DNA of 64,000 bases from Azolla caroliniana (Eukaryota > Plantae > Polypodiophyta): assembly GCA_043228905.1 (NCBI GenBank), contig JBHGNT010000007.1:17670001-17734000 (forward strand). The letters run 5' to 3'. Positions within the stretch are counted from its first letter, which is position 1. Each line of letters begins with the position of its first letter. Below are positions 26,010 to 38,870 of the stretch, piece after piece. The notes beneath the pieces were generated by a model. That model made no database searches. It saw nothing but the letters and a program-made list of their open reading frames with translations, and was not told where the DNA came from. Made by a program: the position numbers and the translations under genes.

Positions 26010-29000
26010 GTTCTCCATGTTTCTCAAGTCATTCATGCCCCTCTATCATCTAATGGGAGGGGGGAACAACCATCTCGCTACTACATACTGCCACCGTATA
26101 TCCACTCCAATTTCTGCAGCCATCGGTGTAGTACACCATCGTTTTCTGAAATTCAGCTTCATTAATTCTGAAGCATCATCTGTTCCATCAATCCACTCAT
26201 ATTGGGCCCTCAATGTAGTTATTAATGTGTGCCATATTAGCTTAATAGATTCTGTTGGAGGCCGTTTGTTTGCTGAAAATACCTTGGTACATCTTGCGGT
26301 TCAGATGTTCCATATGATAATGGGTGCAAGCAACATCCATAGATCTCCAATTTTCTGCTTCTAGGCTATTATGTGTAGGTGAGTGATCAATCGAATAGTT
26401 CCATTCTGCCCTATGTACATTGCTTTGCATGTGCTATCAAATTTCTCCACATCATCATCAAGACAATTCCAACAAGCATGTCCCCATTTAAGGGTAAATG
26501 AGTTAGAGGCATGGCACAACAATCGTAATGCCCTTCTCCATACAGTCGTTGCCTCATGACATTCCCATAGACAATGGGAAATGCTTTCTAGTTGTCCACA
26601 TGCACTACATCTAGGATCTACATTGGGGCCTTTAGCCCATGCCCCTACCGGCAAGGCTCTATGCACAATAAAGCCATAAGCACATCATTATCTTGCGGTC
26701 ACCACTGTCATGCCATATCATTTTCCAGAATTTAGCTAATCTCCTTTCACTAATGCCCTCTTGTATCCAAAATTTACGAGCTGGAATATCTTTGTGTTCT
26801 TGTTTTAGTATAATTTTCCTCCCGATCTTCGTGTTGTACCTAAAAAATTGAACCAACTTGGCACCATCAATTTGTCCTTGAGTTCTCTAGAAATACATCG
26901 CTAGGTTCCATGATAGCTGATTTGAATGCCCTTCTATCGGCCAACACACTATCGTTGGTTTGAGCTGACTCAGCTTGGGGTCAACTATCATATCCTTTCC
27001 ATTTTTTCAAGCAACCTAATCGACCTTTTAGTTTGATAGGTTGGTTGCTCACATGTTACCATTTTATGCTCTATTTTGTAGAAGCATGCCTCATTAGATC
27101 CCGCTTTCATTCCCTTAATTTCAATTATATATAATTTTCAGCATCGATAATTCTTATCCATTCAATTTCAGAGGGACTTATGGCGTCATCTTCCAAGATT
27201 TGCCCATTGCGTGCAATGGCATCTGTAATCCTCATTAGCATGCATTTACCCCTGTTTATCCTCCATATTCTAGCCTTTTGAGTGCCCACATCATTACACA
27301 AAAATCTCTTCCAATCTCCCAATGTATTCCCTTGGGCATTGATTAAATTGGCCCATTTGAAGCCTGCTTTTTGTCCTATCATCAGCCCATCCACATCTCT
27401 AATTAGTGGGTTCCAAACAATCGGCATGTACATTCGGGCATATGCATCATTTCTCCACCTACAAACGATTCCCTTTCTTATTCCTTGCCATGCCTTCATA
27501 ATTCCAACAACACATATACTCTATGTACATCCCCGGTATTTGGGTTGCATTTCTGGCACAAACCCCCAAAAAGCGCTACTTGGCCAACTTCCACCTTGTC
27601 TTGGCAACCACATCTTCCATCTGCGTCGCCAAAGAATTTTCCAAGGTGCCTCAGGTAGTTGCAAGTTCCTGACCACCAATTTGCCTAGCAAGGCCTTCGT
27701 TTGCACCACAGGATCTATTAGTCCCACCCCACCTTCACTTTTATCTTTTATGAGTGTGGTCCATGCAACCTTTGCACAAGCATGTTTTTCCTCTATGCCC
27801 CTCCATAAGAAATTCCTGATCAGCCTTTTTATCACTTTCATCGACTTGGGTGCGATTATCCAACATGTTGTAGTATGCCATATTGTGGCCTTTAGAACCT
27901 GATTTGCAATCACAATCTTGCCTGCAAAGGATAGTTCTCTTGCATTCCACCATATTAGCTTCGCTGTTATTTTGTCCACAATTAGATTGTAGTGTTCTGA
28001 GCGATCAATGTCCATCCCGATTTTGAAACCCAAGTATCTAGTAGCTTCTCCTCTCCTCAACCATCTAAAATTAGGGTCTACAGCCCAATTTACCACAGGC
28101 TTATGGCTAATCCAAATGCCCACTTTTTTATTCCAGTTTATTTTAGCACCCAATCCCCTACAAAACTCATTTATTGCACTTTGCAGTCTGTCCAAGTTGT
28201 TTGCATCCCCCTTAATGTAGGTTGTTGTATCATTGGCATATTCTGTATCAAGCATCATTCCTGCATCCTCAAGTAAGGGAAGGCCTTGTATTTGCCAATA
28301 TCTATAACCAATCTGATAATGCAAAGCTTCTGCTACAATAATGGATAGATACGGGGCCAATGGGCATCCTTGGCGTACCGATCATGTCATCCTAAAGCTC
28401 TTCCCCAAGCTTCCAGCCATTAAAACCTGGTTGGAAGCATCCCTGTAAAAGACAACCAATCCAAGGATCTATTGTTCCTCGAAGCCTAGGGCATCCATCA
28501 TTGCTTCTAGGAATTCCCATGAGATCCTATCATATGCTTTTTCAAAGTCGAGTAACATTACTGCTAGGTCCACTCCTTGCTCCTTTGCCCATGCTGAATA
28601 CTCCTAGAAAGTTATCACATTGTCAACAATGCTCCGGTTTTCTAGGAAGCCAGTTTGCGTTGTATGTATTATGTCCCCTAGGACCGTTTTCAATCGACTA
28701 CTACTTTAGCCATGATCTTATAGGCATTAGTGAGAATCGTCAATGGTCGCCAATTATCAAGCATTGTTAGATATTTTCCATCCTTGGGAATTAAATAGAT
28801 CATTCCTCTACACAATGTTGGAGGCATTAAACCTTCTGCAATAATGTATTGTCCCAATATTTGATGTAAAAATATATAGGGATTCCATCAATGCCTGCAC
28901 AACTTTGTTTGTTCATATCTGAAATTACATCCGACAATTCCTGCATACATATAGGGGTATTTAGACGGTCCATCATGTGAGCAGTAACTCTCTTCGGTAT

Positions 29001-30290
29001 CTGTTTATTATATTTCTAAAGGCAGCCTGCTCAATTTGTTCCTCATTGCATACATTCAGTAGTTGCATATAATAGCTCGTGGCCATTTCAAGCATTTCCT
29101 CCTCGCACGTGGTCATTGTGCCATCTGTCTTTTTCAAACATGAAGGTTGAGTCCCGAAGCCTTTACATTTTACAGCTTCAAAAAAACCTTTTGTAACATG
29201 GTCTCCTACCCTCATCCAGCTTGCTGCTTTACTTCGATAGGCATTAGTAGTCCTTAGTTTCTGATACATATCTAGTTTGCATTTTGCCTCCTCTAGTCAA
29301 GCCTCAATCCATACATTATTCGGGTATTGTTCTCTTAGTTGCTGCATAGAAGCGAGTGTCCATTGCATTCTCTGTAGTTTCTCCTTTATCTCTTTTCTAA
29401 TTTCAGTTGCTTTCTTCTGAAAGAAACATGCACATTCCTCAATTTTCCCAGCCAGCCTATGAGCGGGATCATGATACATCCATTTGACATTAGACCATAG
29501 TATTCTTATGTCATTAGTCCATTTATTGTCCATAACCAACTCCTTGCTCACCTTCACATTATGTGGATTGCATCCAATGTTTTCTTTTATATGCAACATG
29601 ATTGGTGCATGGTGTGAGAACATCGTTCCAGGACAAATTATGCATTTGCCTTTCATATCGATGAGCCAAGGGTCCAAATACCATCTTTCCAACCTGGACA
29701 TTGTCCTCCCATGCACGCTTCCTCTTACTCTAGAGTATAGAAGAGATTTTTCTTTTTGCATCTGAAAGTTAGGTGCATGCCAACAGTCTATCACATTATA
29801 TGCTAAACAAAAGTTATCGCATGCATCTTTTTCCGCCCCTTGGACCGTGCCATTTGCATTTATGCTTCTATCTTCTTGTTGCTCCACCATATTAAAATCT
29901 CCTCCAATGATCCACAAATCTACATCCGATTTCTTGTCCACTAGTTGCAACCAGAATTCCTTTCTTTCGGCAGCTGAATTTGGGGCATATATGTTCAGTA
30001 TGCCCAAGTGCCCATATTTGTGTTTTATTCTTATATAGATAGTACAATCCTCTATTAAACACCCTTTTCCTATGAATGTTGCATTATACTTAGCTTTCAT
30101 TGCTATCAATACACCCCCATGAATCTGTTTGTCCCCCATAGCTGCCGACCATGTATTGGTCCAACTCCCAGGGCAAATGTTTCCAATTTTGTCGATCTTA
30201 TCCCCATCTAGATGGTGCTCTTGCACCATGATAACATCATGCACTATTGCCTCAGTGCATCGTTGAATTCATCTGCATTGCATGGTTTAT
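26010..30290 (-). pseudogene. LINE ORF2 (AP endonuclease, reverse transcriptase, zf-RVT) with multiple stops and frameshifts
   Basis: VIMVQEHH, LNIYAPN, IIGGDFN, SRLERWY, SHHAPI (endonuclease); RQGCPLAPYL, EYANDT (degenerate YADD), RYLG (RT); CSACGQLESISHCLWEC; C-terminal WQYVVARWLFPPP. Confidence 0.9.
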
Positions 30291-30397
30291 TCTCATATTT
30301 TTCTGTTGTGTCAAACTTGTTGGGCTTTTCCATCCATGCTTCCCATTTCTATGATGCATAGTCTCCTTACCTCTAAGGCATTCTCAGGCCATATGCC

Positions 30398-31190
30398 CTA
30401 TTTGTCTACATACAAAGCATTGCCCTGGGAGTCCGCATATTCCACTGGTTGTACATGGTCAGGCATTAGTTTGCTGCTTAGCACCATTGATTGTGGTAAG
30501 GCCTTTACATCACAGACAATTAATTTCATCCTCAACGTTTCACTTACTCTCTCTGCAAATGTTTTTTCCAAGCATTTCCCTCCCATACTTTTACCAATGG
30601 CCGAGAGAAAGGACTCCCATTGCTTAGGTAAACCAGGGAAAAAGGTCATTATTACTGTTGGATTTCCTACACAAGCATTTGCTTTACACATGTCGAAGTC
30701 TACATCCCATTTGAATACATATGCTCTTGCATTGTGCCATGTCAACGGGCTACTCTCGATAATTTTGCATATATTCGTTTTAGGCATCACAGTAACATTG
30801 TAAAACCCCTTTCCCATAAATGTGATGTTCTTCATTCTTCCAAGGTTTTCTTGCAGGCAGTTTTGCAACCAATCACACAACAACGGGTGATTCGGTCGAC
30901 TGCCCACCACTTTCACCACAAATGGTTCCTGTCTAAGTCTTATTATTTCACTCTCCATGATGCATTCTTCTTCCGGGAGAGAACGAAGGCTCCCATGGCT
31001 TGCATTGAGTTATCACTTAGCATATTCATCCCATCTATCCCTTGTTCCAGATCATCAACATAAGCATTAGAGTTTCAATCCTCACATACTTGCGTCCCCT
31101 TGTTGGCAAGAGGGTTTCGTGCAGCCTCTGATGCTTCCGAGACGTTGTTTGATGCCCCCTCTGTTGTCGTCGCTCCTCTCATCCTCGCCA
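30398..31190 (-). pseudogene. LINE ORF1 (DUF4283-like RNA-binding protein), decayed
   Basis: Position upstream of the endonuclease; FVVKVVGSRP...MGKGFY...SSPLTW...GLPKQW...IGKSMG pattern typical of plant L1 ORF1. Confidence 0.65.
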
Positions 31191-31989
31191 TCCCTATCCA
31201 CCATTCCTTCTCCTCTGCTCATGTCAGTATCTAGCACCTCAGGAAAAAAAGTAAACTTGATGCATACAAACTTAAAGTGATGTTAAATTTATTTAAGGCA
31301 ACATAACTAGATTATCATGGAACTTAATTAGATCAAACTAATTTGCTACACTTTGATTTTTCCCCTTTTATTAAGGTCTTCCCACAATTTGACCAAGGTT
31401 AGTCTTCAAATTATAAGAAAATACTTGAAAATTAATCAATATAATGTTGTATTCAAGGGTTATTAATTATGAGATATTCCCTTAAAACAACTATGGTTGG
31501 ATTCTTCAAAACTCATTAGGTACCAAAATGTTCAAGGGCAGTATTCAAATTATAAAAATTGTTAGGGGTATAATCAATATTACCATATATATTAGGGGTA
31601 TTGAAGATATATTACCTTACAACAAGAATGAGAGGATGTTTCGAAACTTAGTCCATGACAACACATTCTTGTATCTATGAATGTATTCATCCATTCCCTC
31701 TTCCATTATAGACATGAAGTACTTAAAATGATAATGTCCTTATGTCATCCTTTATGTGCCATATCTTTCAAGATTTCAATTAGTATCAAGACATTTTATT
31801 TAAAGCCCAATGCAACGTAGGGGGTTTTTATTTCTCAACTTGATAAAGTTGTGCAAACTAATTTGATGGAACAAAAACTAGTAAATAACTTGTTTTTGTT
31901 GTAAAAATTAATAGGAATTATACCTTTGGTTGAATAAAATCTTCTAGCAAAGTCATCCCTTTCTTCCAATTCACGACTAGATTGTGTAG

Positions 31990-33423
31990 CCACATTCTAA
32001 CCGCTCAAACTGTCCGAGAGCGAGCTGTTGCAAAGATATGGCACACATATCACATTTCCCATACAATTATTACTAAGTTTTGGCAGAAAATCTAGAGACA
32101 GTAACACGCTAGGCGAATTACCACATTACAATGGCTATTAATACATAGATCACTACCGGTTGGGCATGGCAGAATGAGAACCTTAGCTCTCCTAATTGTG
32201 TAGCATGCCCAAATGCAACAAAGTCAATCTGACGCGGTCTGTCGAACTGCCTAGTGACCCATCGAATATGGCAAGGGATTGGCAACCTATTGCAATTATG
32301 TCAGGTGCAAGGCACAATCAAGTGGGGGAATGTATGTTGGTTTTCACGGCAGCCCAAGTTGACAGGCACAAACATCAGGAGGGGATAACTTTGGTGATAA
32401 AAGCAAAAGAGATTATTTTTTCCACCATCGACAATATCCACTCAACTCCTATTAATGCTAAAGCTCAAGTTGTGTTGAAATTGGTCAACCCAATAACTCT
32501 TTAGATTCTATGGAAACAACAGTGTATATAATCTTCTCTAACCAAACCGTGTATCAAGTAATGTTAATGTTGAGATTTCAAGCTCAACTAAGTTTAGCCA
32601 TTTAGTTAACCACATAACTTAGTAGTTGCCTATATAGAATCTAGTTAGAATGTTCACTATAAAGTCTTAAATAGGATTGTGTTCCTTGTACTTAAGTGGG
32701 ATACCTTCAAGTTCATTTAATATAGGACTTACACCCTTGTAGTTGTACCTATATTCTCCTCATGCATGTGTACCTTTGCACATGAGATGTATATATACCT
32801 CATTGTGGGTATTTTTGTTTTTTGATGTCTCTTTAATATAAACAAGAGTTCCTTGAGCTACACTTATTAATCATTCCCCATTTATTGGTCATAAGTGTAA
32901 CTTCCTCTCTCTCTTCCTCTCACACACATACACACGCATCACATAATCTTCCGCGACTTAATCACATACGTGATTAACTATTCACATAATTAGATACTAA
33001 TTAACCCTTAGTTAATTACCTAATTATTAACATTTAATGACAATATCCACTCAACTCATATTAATGCCAAAGCTCAAGTTGTGTTAGAATTGGTTAGTCC
33101 AATAACCCTTTGGATGAATCTATGGAAACATCGGTGTAGACAGGTCTTCTCCAACCAAACCGTGCATCAGGTAATGTTAATGCAGGAGATATGGAGTGAA
33201 GTTGTAGCCACTCTAAGAGCCAATACGATGGCCTCACGAGTGGATCCGATGGAGTTGAAAGAAAACAATTAACCTTCATCCAACAATGGTCGTCCTCTCC
33301 CTTTCTTGAGTAAGTGGCCATCCACATAAGATGGAACTATCACGTCCCTATATAAGGATTTGTATATAACACTCTCATATGTAAAATTTTATAACTAATG
33401 GAAGGAGTTGTCTTTTGGAAAAA
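31990..33423 (+). mobile_element. Decayed 5'-truncated LINE with an internal ~140-bp duplication and a solo-LTR insertion
   Basis: TLWMNLWKHRCRQVF...EIWSEVVATLRA matches the ORF2 C-terminus of the other LINEs; tail AACTAATGGAAGG...TTTTGGAAAAA. Left boundary approximate. Confidence 0.7.
32568..33032. mobile_element. Solo LTR (465 bp)
   Basis: TGTT...AACA termini; 5-bp TSD GTTAA/TTTAA (one mismatch); TATA-like and CT-rich interior. Confidence 0.65.
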
Positions 33424-33603
33424 GTTTAAGGCTTTTCACATTAGACTTTCAAAATAATCAATTGCCTCCTATTGAAGAAGTAATGCTAATAATGTCTTGT
33501 AAGGTACACATACACAAGAGCTTTCTTGCCAAAGAAAAATATAAGGTGAAATTATTTTCAATGCTATTTTTATTTATGCTTAATCAATGACAAAGCTTTA
33601 TAT

Positions 33604-35718
33604 TTATGCCTTGCACTCAGGATTTGGGATTGGGTAACGAGAACGGTCATTACAATAATCATAGATCATGTAATTATTTTTAACCCAAGCAAGTCGTTCG
33701 ACATTAAGAGTGCATGGAGTTGATTGGCTTGCGATACAAGATGGTGGTGATGAGGAAGGAACACAAGAATCAACATGAAAATTTCTATATGAGGCAATGA
33801 AAGGTGCATGGGCCCAATCAATCTTCACAAGGCCACCTCGTGTCGCCCAATCATCCCCATTCCAAATGCTTGAGTACACACCCATTGATTGGTTGTCTAG
33901 GTATGGAACTCCTAGTGTCCGTTGAAACACACGTATGGGTGTCCCATCCACAAGGAATCTACAAAATTGGAGTTTCGAATGATTTGTTAATTTACTTTTT
34001 GATTTCCAGTATGTATACAATATAATGTAGTAACCCTTTAGTAAATGTCTTACATGATTTGGTCTTTTCCCCAACATATGGAGTAGGTGTGAAAGTCTAG
34101 TGTGGGATCAAACCACAAGTAAATGCGTTGCTCTCGCCCACCCATACCACTTGCAAAGACATTAGTTTGTAGAATGTAAGGTTCACCCGACACATTCCCT
34201 AAGAACTCAAAATCTAGCTCATCATGGTATGTTGATTGTGAAGAGAGCTGCATCATGCATATTAAACACAAGCATGGATAATTAATAACATGAATGAATT
34301 ATTGCACAGCATATTTATAACTATGTGTCATGACCTAAGGAATTGAATATCTACTCTCACTCATGAATGCTCGAATTTCAAAAAGGAAAAACATAAAAGA
34401 TAGAGTAGCTTTTCATGACATTGGAGTTTAAAATGTGGTTGATTGTTGTTTCAAGAGAAGTGTGATTTCTAGGCTTGTACTAAACATCTATATCACTAAC
34501 AATTTATAGTTGTAAGGTTAGAATCCAAAACATAGAAAGTTAATTAACTATTGGTGACCTCAACACATATCATACCATTGTAATCTAATCAATTTGAACC
34601 ATGATGAAATACTAAACTAGTTTGTGATGTCACAAATTTAATTCTCTAATGCATATTAACAAGATGGAACATAGAATAGCTAGATATTCACATAGTAAGC
34701 AGTAACCGTGCCGGCAGAGTCACCAGGAACCAACTTGATTTGCATGTCAATATTACCGAATAAATATTCTTGCTTAGACTTGAAGCCTGAACCTGTGGTA
34801 AAAGATAAAATAACATTTATGATTAGCTAATTGTGGAAACACATAATCAAGAACTATTCTAATACATCATTATAATTACTATTTGCATAGTAACCACATG
34901 TTGAAAAAACAAGTTAGTGAGGTAATTGTAATTATAATTGAGATAATCAATGACCAAATGGAATATTAATTATCAAAACAATAACAATAGCCATTAAAAG
35001 ACGAAATACACAAATGATACATAAATATACAAAAGATATATTCTTGTATACCCCATCCCATATACATACATTTATACAATCTCTCTGCCAAAGTTTTAGA
35101 ATTAAGTTCCCCTTGTTTCTTAAAATTAGAACCTAACGTGGGAATTTGGATAGGTTGTTTCTCCAGCTCGAAACGTTTTAGTATTAATATTTAAATAACA
35201 TATCATAAAGTTGATCATACAACCCTATAAAATACTATACTACAAATCTTATTGTTTCAACTAGCACAATAAAGCTAGTTACAAGCTCCAAAAGTTGCAT
35301 CCCAAGTAAAATATGCATGAGATGCATTTTTATACACATAATACAATGTACATGTGCATGTCTTTTCCTAGCACGTTACACATTGATCAATTGGACATAA
35401 CTAGCTCTCGATCAAAATTTTGAATTATATCATGATTAGGTCATTAAAATTGACATTATAAACACTAGAAGTGATAAATTTACTAAGGATTGATAGATGA
35501 GTAGCTTATTTACCCGAATTTTGGTCAAGAATGAGGTTAAGGGAGGCACCATTGTCGATAATCATGACTTTAGAAGGAGCCCAAGTGACTTGAAAATCAG
35601 TGAAGAAATTACAACATGCAAAGGGAATCATGTTGATACATTTCAAACCCAATAGGATTAGCAATGCTCCCATGTGATTAAAACATATTCTCTTGCCATT
35701 AATCAAGCAATTAGCCAT
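33604..35718 (-). CDS. XTH: Xyloglucan endotransglucosylase/hydrolase (GH16), 284 aa; exons 35718-35514, 34792-34692, 34247-34054, 33958-33604
   Basis: Catalytic motif [13 protein letters not shown] with adjacent N-glycosylation site; also [21 protein letters not shown] and YDYCND...PECK. All introns are GT-AG. Exon 2 is 101 nt and exon 3 is 194 nt, the canonical XTH sizes. The spliced ORF of 855 nt is open. Confidence 0.96.
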
Positions 35719-35798
35719 AATTAGACCTTAATATATCACTAATTTCTCTTAATTAGAAGTGGGTGATATGAATGATACATTGTCCCCCTCCCACCCCT

Positions 35799-35807
35799 CT
35801 TTTATAC
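35799..35807 (-). promoter_or_regulatory. Candidate TATA box of XTH
   Basis: Minus-strand TATAAAA ~85 bp upstream of the ATG. Confidence 0.45.
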
Positions 35808-38208
35808 AAGCATAAAGCATAATAACATCATGGATAGTATTTAAGCTCATTGAATTTATTAAATTTTTTTGCTTGTCTTTCATGGTGTCAAATATGATCT
35901 AGATCTAGTCTATTGTTACTAAAGATCCTCATCTATAACATATATATAGACATGCTTATGTATATAATTTGAGGTTTGCTCTTCTCTCAAAATTGATTTA
36001 CATGATAGGTATTTATGTCGAATAATACGTGTAACGTTAGGTTGAACATAGTTGGCCCTACAAGATGTATCATGAGCTTAATTATATCAAGGTCAGATAC
36101 AAACTATTGTTGAAACAAAGTTAGAAAGCATTATGTTGCAAGGCATATACTTGTGATGCATTGCATCATGATTTGATATCTTAAGAAGCTTACAATAGAC
36201 TATTTAGAAGGATTGACCATGCAATTTGACACCCTCCAACAAGAAAAAAAACCCAACCAACTCACAACAGAATCTTTTGGTCTCCTTATACTATTTGGAT
36301 GCTACCCCATCCTTATCTACTATATCGTACGAGCTTTAGGATGTACACAACCATTTAAGACCACAAATCCATGATAAGTCTAAAGCATGAATTGGGAGTG
36401 AGATGTTAACTAGAGTAAATCATTATGATTGCCCATGTATGTATGAAACACTTCCCAACTTGAAATCGTCCTTGGGTTTACTCCATCATATAGGGCTTAA
36501 TTTAGAACGTATAAGGCCTAATTCATATGTTGAGGGTAATATGTGAAATGAACTCTCAACCTTTGTAGAAGTGTTGGAGGGCTTGCCAAACCTAGGAACC
36601 CTTCAACTCCCGTGTTGACAGGTGGAGAAAGTTGTATAGAACTTAAAAGGGTTCAAGTTATTATGCGTTTACTTATTAACTATGAGATTTTTCTTTTCTC
36701 TAAATAGAAGACATACTAGTACACAATATTTTAGTCCAATATAGGTATCAATAAGGCAATATATTTAATAATATGTTGTTACTAGTACTATTCTACATTC
36801 ACATGTTTATTGTTTATTAGCCTGAAGATAATGTTTGTTTCCAAATCCAAAGTAGGTGTATATGCTATAGAATTTTGACAAACTTTCAAATTTATGTTAG
36901 TATTTCTTATTATTTTGAGTAAACGCTTTAGGAAGTTATAACATCTTACTTCTTTCCAACACTAATCCAATTTGCCAAATGACTTCACTAGTGAAACAAC
37001 CTTAGTATGTATAAGGCACATGAATCTGATGCATTGCCTCTTCATTTCCTAATTAACATCTATGGATAATGGGTCGACAGATAAGATTGAGTTGAAATTA
37101 TTGTACATCGACACTGTGGTTGCCCATATATTCTCATCCCCTTAACTCATTAACACTTTTTGGTCTCTTTCTCATACTATTTGGAAGTTTGGCCATCCCC
37201 ATCTACAATACATTTGGAGTACTTTGGGTCCTAGGATGTTCTGGATTGTACCCTTGATTTACATAGAGGGCCCAAACAACTGTTAACATTATGCAAAGAG
37301 AATAATGTGACGCATTTTCTTTCTTTGACACATGTATGGATGCATTATGAAACAATGGGTAAATTAATACTTCCAAGAGAGAGGAACTAGTAAAACAATT
37401 ATTTGGGAAAATTTATTTTAATCTTAGAAGAAAACATTTCTAGTAAAACTTGCACTATATTCTTGTACTTTTGGGAAGGTTTTGGAATATAGATATTACT
37501 TTACAAGAAAGTGAACATTCTAGAGGGCCAATCATCTGCATGTCTCAATGTTGCATTGTGAAATATGAGAGAATTTACAAAAAATACCATGTTGATCATT
37601 TTGATTTTTATGAGATAACTGGGAAGTTCTACGTAATCAAAAATTGAAAGTATAGAGAAAGTTGTTTAACCTTGATTACGGAATCCAAATTCGATGCCCT
37701 ATCTTGGTATTAAACAAAATAGTTATTGAAGACTATGAAAATGTAGTACAAATTTTCTTAGACGACCTTAGAAAATATACTGTCTAAACAAGGTATGTAT
37801 GAGATCGAGTTAGCTATATCTAGAGAAACCATCCTACTACGACGTTGTCTAGTATATAGTAGGACGCAAGTTCCATAGAATGAACCATAGGTATCATACG
37901 TGCATTCGCATTTGAGAATGATTCAATTAAACGTGTATGGTAAATCATCTCAAAGTTGGATTGGATTGACTATGGTCTATATTATATATTGATTCACCTT
38001 CAATCCCAATAAGTGGACTCTAATCCATTGTGAACCACCAACATAAGTATGGTTGCAATATTTGCATTGTATCACATGCATACTTTTGGGATGCTTCTTA
38101 AGAATCAAGACATCTCTATCATCCTCACTTTAGAACTTTACCAAAAAATGAGTATGAACTATAGGGATTGAATCAAAATATGTCGTTAAAAATTATAATT
38201 AAACGTTC

Positions 38209-38870
38209 AAAAACTCATAAAACGTATATTCAAGAATATGACGAAAACATGACGTAGGCAGTAGTAGCATAACAACTTACCTCTAGGGTGAGCTAATTTC
38301 TAATAACAAAGAAAGAAAAAAAGAAAAGAAAAAAGAAACGATAAAAAACTCATAAAACGTATATTTGAGAATATGAAGAAAACATGACATAGGCCGTAGT
38401 AGCATAACAACTTACCACTAGGGTGACCTAATTTCTAATAACAAAGAAAGAAAGAAAAAGAAGAAGGAACATGACACTAACATAAAATTTTGCCATGACA
38501 CTAACAAGAGATTTTATGCCATGACACTAAAAAGAGGATATGAGAAAGTTGACAATTGAACCCAAGACACAAGTAATAGCAACTTACCACTAGGTTGTGC
38601 TTAGTTCTAATAATAAAAATACAAAAGAAAAAAAGTAAAATACTAACATAAAATTGTGCTATAAAAATGGTACTAATGAGAGAGAGAGAGAAAGATTGAG
38701 AAAATTGGGAATCGAAGCCAAGACATAAACTACAATTGGATGACTCCTTACCACTAGGGTGAACTAAATTGTCATAACAATGAATGAAAAAAAAGAATAA
38801 AAAAAGGAGCACGTATTTTTCCCATTTCAAACGTGTTCGTTCCAAACGTTTAAATGCTTGCACGAACACG
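38209..38870. repeat. Array of CTTACCACTAGGGT-containing units (two ~134-bp copies plus two tRNA-like copies) ending in a 39-bp palindrome; possibly Helitron-internal
   Basis: Core at ~38276, 38411, 38583 and 38747; palindrome CGTGTTCGT...TTT|AAA...ACGAACACG at 38832-38870. Confidence 0.6.

Larger units (their letters stand above)
25884..31244 (-). mobile_element. Full-length but decayed L1-type LINE (~5.4 kb)
   Basis: 14-bp TSD AAAAAAGTAAACTT (25870-25883, 31245-31258) and poly(A) tail. ORF1 plus ORF2 domains in canonical order: endonuclease, RT, zf-RVT. Confidence 0.92.
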
